This document shows, piece after piece, positions 56,871 through 64,000 of a stretch of 64,000 bases of DNA. This DNA is from Bacteroidota bacterium. Its GTDB lineage: Bacteria; Bacteroidota; Bacteroidia; AKYH767-A; OLB10. Where the stretch lies: positions 5,007 to 69,006 of the forward strand of contig JBJOND010000004.1 of assembly GCA_046052065.1 (NCBI GenBank), read 5' to 3'. Within the stretch, counting starts at the first letter, position 1. Each line of letters opens with the position of its first letter. Below the pieces are notes generated by a model. That model searched no databases, was not told the origin of the DNA, and saw only the letters and a program-made list of their open reading frames with translations. A program made the position numbers and the translations under genes.

Positions 56871-57848
56871 ATGCAGATTATCAACTATCCTTTAACTGGT
56901 TATCAAAAAGAAGATTATTTTGATTTGTATGATCATGTTGTTGATTCGTTGAAGAACAATGCTGAAGTTAAGTGCATTTGTACTTTTGGTGGTGTTAATC
57001 AGCCTGGCATTTCAGATATCGACCTACTGATTGTATTTAAAAATGGGAGCTCTTTTAGTGGTGATATCATATCAGATTTAAGTGCTAAAGAACAATCATT
57101 ATTTACGCATGGCATCATGGCCTTATCAGAGCAGCATTGGTTTCAGAATAAAGCATTTGCTATGTGGGATAATCAGAAATTATTAGTTGGAGAAGAACCT
57201 TTAGGAGAAGAAATTTATGTTAATGAAACTGAATTAACCATACTTAAAAAACAAACTGCATTAGAGTTTTTGTTTACGAATTATATCGACTTGACTTTAC
57301 AAAACGAATATGGAATTATTAAATTAAGAGATTTATTACAACATACCAAAGGAATTATCTACGATCTAAATTATCTGCACTTAACTAATACACCAATACA
57401 TAAGTTTATTACGCAAGCAACAGAATGGATTACTAACTGGCATTTGCAACAACCAAGAGATGAAGAATTGATAAAATGGTTTAAAGCATTTTACAAAGCT
57501 TACTCTGAATTTATCCAATCCATATTTGATTCAAACAAAATTTATTTGCCAATATTTGTTAAAAGAAATTTTTCTAAGAACATTGCTTTAAAAGAAGCCA
57601 CAGTTATAAAATATACACGAAGTGGAATACTTTTACCCTCCGTTGTTGCGCCAATAGGGCAAAAAAAAGTACTGAAGTTACTGAACAAGTTAAACAAGTT
57701 TGAGTTTTCAATACCCAGTACGGATATTGCTGAAAATAGTATCTTAGAAAAGCGAATTCAGTTCTTCAAAGAAATGAAAATGTATAATCAACTACATTTT
57801 CCAAAACTTGGATTACTTACTACCAGTTTAATGTCAAAATTAGTTTAA
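56871..57848 (+). CDS. Divergent nucleotidyltransferase-fold (Pol-beta/ANT-like) protein, paralogue 2
   Basis: ATG at 56871 lies 1 nt after the upstream stop; the track's earlier start at 56826 lies inside the previous gene. The NTase signature is CTFGG(41)VNQPGIS-D49-I-D51-LLIVF, followed by SLFTHGIMALS and LLVGEEP. It is collinear with paralogue 1. Confidence 0.6.
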   Translation: MQIINYPLTGYQKEDYFDLYDHVVDSLKNNAEVKCICTFGGVNQPGISDIDLLIVFKNGSSFSGDIISDLSAKEQSLFTHGIMALSEQHWFQNKAFAMWDNQKLLVGEEPLGEEIYVNETELTILKKQTALEFLFTNYIDLTLQNEYGIIKLRDLLQHTKGIIYDLNYLHLTNTPIHKFITQATEWITNWHLQQPRDEELIKWFKAFYKAYSEFIQSIFDSNKIYLPIFVKRNFSKNIALKEATVIKYTRSGILLPSVVAPIGQKKVLKLLNKLNKFEFSIPSTDIAENSILEKRIQFFKEMKMYNQLHFPKLGLLTTSLMSKLV

Positions 57849-57850
57849 CA

Positions 57851-58567
57851 ATGGAATTTAAAAACCCTGGTGCATTAATTGAAAATAATTGGAGATACGA
57901 TTTCTTAAAAGACTATTTTAAGAATAATCCATTTAATGAAGCGACTCTTCTTGATTTAGGATGTGGTCCACGCCCCTACTATTCTATTTATAAAAACTAT
58001 TTCGACAAATCAATTGGTGCAGAAATGGCGGATATGCCTTTTCCGCAAAAAGCTATCGACATTTATTGCTCTGCCACTGATGTACCGTTGCCTGATGAAA
58101 GTATAGATTGTATTTTGTGTACAGAAGTAATGCAGGATATGAAAGAACCATCCGAATTAATTAATGAATGTTATCGTTTATTAAAAAAAGGCGGGACCTT
58201 AATTCTTACAACACCCTACCTTGTCCCTATTGCTGATGGTGAATGGGATAATTATCGTTTCACACAGTACGGTTTAAAATACACAATTGAAAAAGGAGGA
58301 TTTAACGATTTAGTTGTTTATCCTGTAAGTGATGTAGTTGGTGCAGGAATTACACTTCTTGTTAAACCAATCTTGCGCCTCTGGAATATATTAGCCAAGG
58401 CAACACGTATTAATTTCTTGCGCCAGTGGTATAATCCATTGCTGTTTATTACCGTAATGATTCCTCAATTACTTTACATGGCCATACGACCATTACCTAT
58501 TTTCAAATCAATACTTAAAAAATTCAGCTACGGACCAATAGGTTATATTACGGTATCAAAAAAATAA
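57851..58567 (+). CDS. Class I SAM-dependent methyltransferase (Methyltransf_11-like) with hydrophobic C-terminal segments
   Basis: 238 aa. Motif I LLDLGCGPRPYY, post-I/II IDCILCTEVMQDM, and LLKKGGTLILTTP. The C-terminus contains the hydrophobic stretches VVGAGITLLVKPIL and LLFITVMIPQLLYMAI. Confidence 0.75.
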   Translation: MEFKNPGALIENNWRYDFLKDYFKNNPFNEATLLDLGCGPRPYYSIYKNYFDKSIGAEMADMPFPQKAIDIYCSATDVPLPDESIDCILCTEVMQDMKEPSELINECYRLLKKGGTLILTTPYLVPIADGEWDNYRFTQYGLKYTIEKGGFNDLVVYPVSDVVGAGITLLVKPILRLWNILAKATRINFLRQWYNPLLFITVMIPQLLYMAIRPLPIFKSILKKFSYGPIGYITVSKK

Positions 58568-58568
58568 G

Positions 58569-59645
58569 ATGAAGGTTTTACATATCATTTGGTCGTCGAA
58601 TATTGGTGGGATAGAAAGTGTTGTGCTTAATTTAGCTATAGCACAACAAAAGAATGGTAATGTAGAACCAACCATTTTCGCTGCAAAATCAGAAGGCCCT
58701 TTAATTGAAAAAGCGAAAGAGAAAAACATAGAAATTATAAGTGGAGACTTCAAAAAAGGGAATAACAATTTTTCAAAATTAAATATGTGTGTCAATTTAT
58801 TTGCAAAGTTTGACATACTCCACCTTCATTCATTTAATCCCATTATTGCATTAGCTGCTATTCAATCAAAAAAGAAAATTGTTTATACTGAACATGGTAA
58901 CTTTGCTTTCGAAAGAAAGCAAGGATTAGCAGAGCTGATCTCTAAAAAGCTACAGTACTATTTCTTAAATAAATTCACGCATCACATAACATTTAACTCC
59001 AACTTTTCGAAAGGTACCGCTATAGAAAGATATCAACTGACAAAAAAATCGTTAAGTGTGGTTTATAACGGTGTCGACTTACCTTCTTCGCTTCCAAATG
59101 AAAAACAAATTTCGGATATAATTCGAATTGGATTTGTAGGCCGACTAGTAGAGGTAAAACGAATTGACCGACTTCTTGAAACAATTGCAGCCATCAAAGA
59201 TAAATCAACCATTAAAGTAGAACTAGTTGGTGATGGTCCCTTGAAGAATAAAATCTTACAACAAATTACTGCTACTAATTTAAACGATACTATTCAACTA
59301 TTAGGTTTCAAAAACGACTTATCTACATATTACAATCAATGGGATTTGTTGATTGCCCCTTCTTCGAATGAGGCTTTCGGACTGGTAGCCATTGAGGCTT
59401 ATTCGCATGGTTGTGCAGTTGCTGTTTTTAACGATGGTGGTGGATTAGCAGAATTAGTAAGTCAATGTGAACCTGAAATGGTTTTTAATACTACTAATGA
59501 ACTAACCTTTTTTATTGAATCACTTATCAATAAAACAATCAACGTGAATGAAATCAACCTGATTAATAATCGCAGAGCTTTCGCGAAGAAATTCTCAATA
59601 GAACAAATGGAAGCTGGCATTAAACAAGTTTACTTATCTTTATAA
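58569..59645 (+). CDS. GT4-family glycosyltransferase
   Basis: 358 aa. N-terminus MKVLHIIWSSNIGGIESVVLNLA and C-terminal motif PSSNEAFGLVAIEAYSHGCAVAVFNDGGGLAELV. Confidence 0.85.
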   Translation: MKVLHIIWSSNIGGIESVVLNLAIAQQKNGNVEPTIFAAKSEGPLIEKAKEKNIEIISGDFKKGNNNFSKLNMCVNLFAKFDILHLHSFNPIIALAAIQSKKKIVYTEHGNFAFERKQGLAELISKKLQYYFLNKFTHHITFNSNFSKGTAIERYQLTKKSLSVVYNGVDLPSSLPNEKQISDIIRIGFVGRLVEVKRIDRLLETIAAIKDKSTIKVELVGDGPLKNKILQQITATNLNDTIQLLGFKNDLSTYYNQWDLLIAPSSNEAFGLVAIEAYSHGCAVAVFNDGGGLAELVSQCEPEMVFNTTNELTFFIESLINKTINVNEINLINNRRAFAKKFSIEQMEAGIKQVYLSL

Positions 59646-59646
59646 C

Positions 59647-61545
59647 ATGTGTGGAATTAACGGATTTATGATGCTTGGAAATAACTTGCCAGTAGAGGCA
59701 AGTGAACACCTCGTAAAAATGAATCAACGAATTCAGCACCGAGGTCCGGATGATCAGGGGACTTATATCAATACAGATAAAGGCCTTGCACTTGGTCATT
59801 TACGACTAAGCATTATTGATTTGTCGGATGCAGGTCATCAGCCAATGTTTGATGAGCGAGGAAACTGCATTGTTTTCAATGGTGAAATTTATAATTATCA
59901 AACTATAAAAAAGGATATCTCCGATTATACTTTTAAATCGGACAGTGATACAGAAGTTTTATTACACCTTTATCAGAAAGAAGGACATACTGCATTGCAT
60001 AAACTAAATGGAATGTTTGCATTTGCCTATTTCGATAATAAAAATAATGTATTGAAATTAGCAAGAGACAGAGCCGGAAAGAAACCTCTCTACTACTCTA
60101 CTATGGGAGGTGTATTCTCCTTTTCATCTGAAATTAAAGCATTACTTGAATTACCTTGGATAAAAAAAGAACTTGACGAAGAGGCGCTTTATCATTTTTT
60201 AACTTTCAATCATATTGATTCACCATCCACATTTTTCAAAGGAATTAAAAAGCTTGGTGCGGGTGAATACATGACCGTTAGTGCAAATGGAATTGTAGAA
60301 AAGAGTTCTTTCTACGATATAAACTATCAAAATTTAACCCATACCTCCGAACAAACGATTGAACATACCTTGTTTGAAAAATTAAACAAGTCTGTTGACT
60401 TAAGAATGGTATCTGATGTACCAGTTGGCGCATTCTTAAGCGGCGGTGTAGATTCGAGTGCCGTGGTAGCGATGATGAGAGCAAGAACTGAGGGAACAAT
60501 CAAAACATTTTCTGTAGGATTTGAAGGACAACCAGATTATGACGAACGCATTTATGCGCAGAAGATATCTAAACAATTCAACACCGATCATTACGAAAAA
60601 ATAGTTGGGAAAGAAGATATTGAAAACTTTTTACCTTCTATTGTTTCAATTTTTGATGAACCAATGGCTGATGCAACTTGCATTCCTGTATATTTCATTT
60701 CTGAATTAGCAAGAAAGCATAATACGATTGTTGTACAAACTGGTGATGGTGCGGATGAATTGCTGGCAGGCTATAATAGCTGGCAAAAATATGAGCAAAT
60801 TTACCCTTATTACAATCTACTAAATAATATTCCTAAGAGTTTATTAAAACTTGCTTCCAATAGCATAGGTTATGATGATAACAAAACAGGGATTAAAGAA
60901 ATAATTTACCGCGCAGCTAACGGACAAGAATTATTTTGGGGCGGAGCAAAAGCATTTAAAGAAAGTACCAAAAAGCAAATTCTATCTGCTGAATTTTTAA
61001 GTCATAATGGCTCGTTGGATTCGTATTCGGTAATTAAAAAACATTTAACCGCATTTGAAAAAATTCGCGACCAGCATATTTGGTTAAGTGATAAAGACTG
61101 GATGTGTTACCTCGGCTACAAGTATTTAATTCCTGCTAAATACCTCTATCGCATGGACCGAATTGGCATGGCTCATAGCATAGAAATAAGAAATCCCTTT
61201 TTAGATTACGAATTTGTAGACTACGCGCTATCGATTCCGTATTCATTAAAATCTAAAAACAAAATACCCAAGTACATTTTAAAAAAATCGTTAGAGGGTA
61301 CTCTCCCAAACGATATCCTTTACCGTAAAAAAATGGGCTTTTGTGTACCATTAAGAGAGTGGTCACAAGATATCATCATCCGAAATATTGAAAATGATTT
61401 AAGTAGCTTTTGTAAAAATGCGGGCTTCTTTAGCGAGTCGGGATTAAGAACGCAAATTAATGCCATGAAAAATGGAAAGAAAGATTATACCAATAATCTC
61501 TGGACGATTTATTTTATCATGCAATGGTTTAAAAAATGGATGTAA
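59647..61545 (+). CDS. asnB: Asparagine synthase (glutamine-hydrolysing) family amidotransferase
   Basis: 632 aa. It has the N-terminal nucleophile MCGI, the GATase-II motif HRGPDD and the PP-loop FLSGGVDSS. Confidence 0.9.
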   Translation: MCGINGFMMLGNNLPVEASEHLVKMNQRIQHRGPDDQGTYINTDKGLALGHLRLSIIDLSDAGHQPMFDERGNCIVFNGEIYNYQTIKKDISDYTFKSDSDTEVLLHLYQKEGHTALHKLNGMFAFAYFDNKNNVLKLARDRAGKKPLYYSTMGGVFSFSSEIKALLELPWIKKELDEEALYHFLTFNHIDSPSTFFKGIKKLGAGEYMTVSANGIVEKSSFYDINYQNLTHTSEQTIEHTLFEKLNKSVDLRMVSDVPVGAFLSGGVDSSAVVAMMRARTEGTIKTFSVGFEGQPDYDERIYAQKISKQFNTDHYEKIVGKEDIENFLPSIVSIFDEPMADATCIPVYFISELARKHNTIVVQTGDGADELLAGYNSWQKYEQIYPYYNLLNNIPKSLLKLASNSIGYDDNKTGIKEIIYRAANGQELFWGGAKAFKESTKKQILSAEFLSHNGSLDSYSVIKKHLTAFEKIRDQHIWLSDKDWMCYLGYKYLIPAKYLYRMDRIGMAHSIEIRNPFLDYEFVDYALSIPYSLKSKNKIPKYILKKSLEGTLPNDILYRKKMGFCVPLREWSQDIIIRNIENDLSSFCKNAGFFSESGLRTQINAMKNGKKDYTNNLWTIYFIMQWFKKWM

Positions 61546-62687
61546 TGAAGAAGGTTGTATTAATTACCAATATTCCTAACCCCTACCGTGTTCCGTTGTT
61601 TAACGAGTTATCGAAGCAATTAAAAAATGAAAATACTCATCTAAAAATAATTTTTGCTACAAAAACTTACAAAAGAAGACTCTTTCAACTAAACGAAAAT
61701 GATTTTCATTTTGATTATTGTTACTTAAATAATGAAGCCATCACTGTTGGCAACAATAGTGAAAACTCCTACTTTACCTACAAAGGACTTTTTGAGCAAT
61801 TGAAAAATGAAAAACCGGACTCTATCATCGTTTCCGGATTTTCGAGTGCAACAGTAAAAGTATTTTCATACTCGTTATTTAATCGAGTACCATACATTAT
61901 CTGGAATGGTTCAATAGCTAAAAAAGGCAGAAAAGATAGTTTCATCAGAACTTTACAAAGGAGATTTTTAACCTATTTTGCATCTGCATTTGTTGCATAT
62001 GGGACAAAAGCAAAAACATACTTAATGAGTATGGGCGCATCCGAAGAAAAGGTTTTTATTGCCACCAATACTGTCGATACAAGTTTCTTTGAAAAGGAAA
62101 CTGAAAAGCAAAGAGCTATTTTGGTTGATGATGGGATTCATCACTTTATTTATCTTGGATATTTAGTACCGAGAAAAAATGTTGGGCTTCTCATTGAGAT
62201 TGCAAAAATTCTAAAAACTCAACGTAATGATTTCTGCATCGACATTTTAGGTGATGGGGAAAGTAAGAATGCTTTAGAATCAAAGGTGAAAGAATATCAA
62301 TTATTAGATCAGATAAAGTTTCATGGATTTAAGCAGAAAGAAGAACTCCCACCCTACTTTGCCAAGGCAAAAGCGTTGTTGTTTCAAACGGACTTTGATA
62401 TTTGGGGACTCGTATTGAATGAGGCTATGGCGGCTGGGGTACCTTGCCTATCATCGGTTAATGCTGGAGCGAGTGAAGATTTAATTGTAAATGGCGATAA
62501 TGGATACATAGTAGATTATCAGGACAAGGCAGATATTATTGAAAAAATTAATTTTATTATCGAAAACCCTGAAAAAGCAAAGGAAATGGGGGCTCATGCT
62601 TCTTCATTTATTCGGAATAATGCTAATGTAATGATTTGTGCAAAAGGTTTTTTAAAAGCCATTCAATCGATAGAGAAAAATAAGTAA
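61536..62687 (+). CDS. GT4-family glycosyltransferase
   Basis: 383 aa; the alternative start at 61545 (MKKVVLITN) forms a TAATG junction with asnB. GT-B motif FDIWGLVLNEAMAAGVPCLSSVNAGASEDLIVNGDNGYIV. Confidence 0.85.
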   Translation: MDVMKKVVLITNIPNPYRVPLFNELSKQLKNENTHLKIIFATKTYKRRLFQLNENDFHFDYCYLNNEAITVGNNSENSYFTYKGLFEQLKNEKPDSIIVSGFSSATVKVFSYSLFNRVPYIIWNGSIAKKGRKDSFIRTLQRRFLTYFASAFVAYGTKAKTYLMSMGASEEKVFIATNTVDTSFFEKETEKQRAILVDDGIHHFIYLGYLVPRKNVGLLIEIAKILKTQRNDFCIDILGDGESKNALESKVKEYQLLDQIKFHGFKQKEELPPYFAKAKALLFQTDFDIWGLVLNEAMAAGVPCLSSVNAGASEDLIVNGDNGYIVDYQDKADIIEKINFIIENPEKAKEMGAHASSFIRNNANVMICAKGFLKAIQSIEKNK

Positions 62688-62762
62688 AGATTCATTAATA
62701 TTATACCCTGATAAACTACAGTATAGCACTTCTGATAGCTATGTAGTTAATTAAGTTGAATT

Positions 62763-64000
62763 ATGAATTTTAAAGCATGGATCCAGTGGTATCGATCATT
62801 AGAAATTACTCGAAAATGGTTTGTAATCCTAATTATCATTCGACCACTAATCGATAACTTTTACGAATTAAAACAAACCTCTGTATTAGCCAGTCCACTT
62901 TACATTGTTGGGGTACTTACGCCTGTTTTAATTTTAATGAGTTTTACATCTAAGAAATTTTTAAATTACAACAATGCACCTCAAGACTTCTTTTTAAAAG
63001 TTTTTGCCATATTTCTTTTTTTCAATTGTATTTACTTCTTTGTTAGTCAATTTTCAATTAACGCTCTCGGCGATTTAGTAAAATACACCACACCTGTCCT
63101 ACTTTATTTTTATGCAAGAGCTTTTATTCAATCAAAAAAAGATCTCGATGGAATCTTATTTTCATGTTTAATTGCTTGTATTTTTCCTCTTGGGATGTTG
63201 GTATATGAATCTATTTTCAACCCAATTGCAATAGAATATATCAGTACTGGCCGTGGTGGCGGTTCACGTATTCGTGGTGCTTATGCAGATATTATGAATT
63301 ATGCGGTGTACATTGTATTGTTTTTTATTATCATCAGTTATTGGTTTTTAACTAATCTTTATGTTAAATCGAAATTAAAAATCAATGGTATTCATGTAGC
63401 TGCAGTACTCATATTTGTTGTTTATGCCTTATCAAGAATTAAGCATGTATCTACGTGGACTGTAGTATTTGTTGTTTTCGTTTTACTGATGATTCACAAC
63501 TTAAAAAATGCAAGAGGATTTATTTTCGTAGTAGTGCTCTTAACAATTATTTCAGCCTTCTTTGCAGAGAGTCTTTATAATTCGCAAATTGAACCATTGA
63601 TTGGTAAAGAAATACGAGTTATTGAGGGTGAAAGTGAAACAAATTATGCATTCAATGGCCGTATGAGTAGATGGGAACGTTATTTTGAAATATGGGAGCA
63701 GATGCCAATGACGAATCACTTTATTGGAATCACCACAGCTAACTTCCCTGAGACTGATAATATGATTGGTGCAGGTATGCACTCTGACTATGTTAGATTA
63801 TTGTTTTTAACTGGATTTATTGGTGTTGGTGCTTATGTGGTTTTCATTTTGACAATAGGAGCTAAATATTCTAAATTAAAAATGGCAGAGAAATTTCTGC
63901 TATCAGCAACTGTTTGTTCGCTACTTTTATGGTCGGTTAGTACAATACCTACCTTGTATGCCCCATTAATCTATTTTACTTACCCAGTGTTTGCTTATGC
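62763..64000 (+). CDS. wzy: O-antigen polymerase/ligase family membrane protein (Wzy-like), 3'-truncated by window edge
   Basis: By my own translation, the frame from ATG 62763 stays open to the window end (MNFKAWIQWYRSLEITRKWFVILIIIRPLIDNFYELK...). It is multi-TM and has a Wzy_C-like loop: GRMSRWERYFEIWEQMPMTNHFIGI...GAGMHSDYVRLLFLTGFIGVGAYV. It is not in the ORF track because no stop occurs in the window. Confidence 0.75.
   Translation, partial: MNFKAWIQWYRSLEITRKWFVILIIIRPLIDNFYELKQTSVLASPLYIVGVLTPVLILMSFTSKKFLNYNNAPQDFFLKVFAIFLFFNCIYFFVSQFSINALGDLVKYTTPVLLYFYARAFIQSKKDLDGILFSCLIACIFPLGMLVYESIFNPIAIEYISTGRGGGSRIRGAYADIMNYAVYIVLFFIIISYWFLTNLYVKSKLKINGIHVAAVLIFVVYALSRIKHVSTWTVVFVVFVLLMIHNLKNARGFIFVVVLLTIISAFFAESLYNSQIEPLIGKEIRVIEGESETNYAFNGRMSRWERYFEIWEQMPMTNHFIGITTANFPETDNMIGAGMHSDYVRLLFLTGFIGVGAYVVFILTIGAKYSKLKMAEKFLLSATVCSLLLWSVSTIPTLYAPLIYFTYPVFAY

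Overview
The window is a densely coding, low-GC chromosomal segment that looks like Bacteroidota (Flavobacteriia/Cytophagia-like). The supporting signs are a T9SS C-terminal sorting domain, a Bat/MoxR operon, bshA, a TAnnTTTG-type promoter, and Asn/Lys/Ile-rich proteins. I support about 63 CDS, one tRNA-Leu(GAG), several hairpin terminators and two in-frame coding microsatellites. I saw no rRNA, CRISPR array, transposase or integrase.

Positions 1-47.8 kb are mostly core functions:
- rpoD, a TonB-dependent receptor, yciH, bshA, a GH3/beta-lactamase-fold fusion, an NYN protein and dapD.
- ruvX-def-aroK.
- A moxR-DUF58-X-batA-batB-batC operon.
- A DUF1599 / MauE-thioredoxin fusion / lone ABC permease operon.
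- A seven-gene folP-to-eamA operon.
- T9SS cargo, a peroxiredoxin, mazG, an ABC-F ATPase, apaG, trmH, a BamA-family outer membrane protein and an input-less REC-histidine kinase.
- A paaABCD-G-H-I-J phenylacetate cluster with no paaE/K/Z in the window.

Positions 47.9-64 kb are a single-strand Wza/Wzc/Wzx/Wzy polysaccharide locus that runs off the right edge. Its centre (54.5-57.8 kb) is the most unusual content. Two diverged paralogous nucleotidyltransferase-fold proteins bracket a two-domain propeller-like protein, and two SAM methyltransferases flank the trio. I cannot assign this cassette to a described system. All family assignments come from motif recognition and recall; no searches were run.
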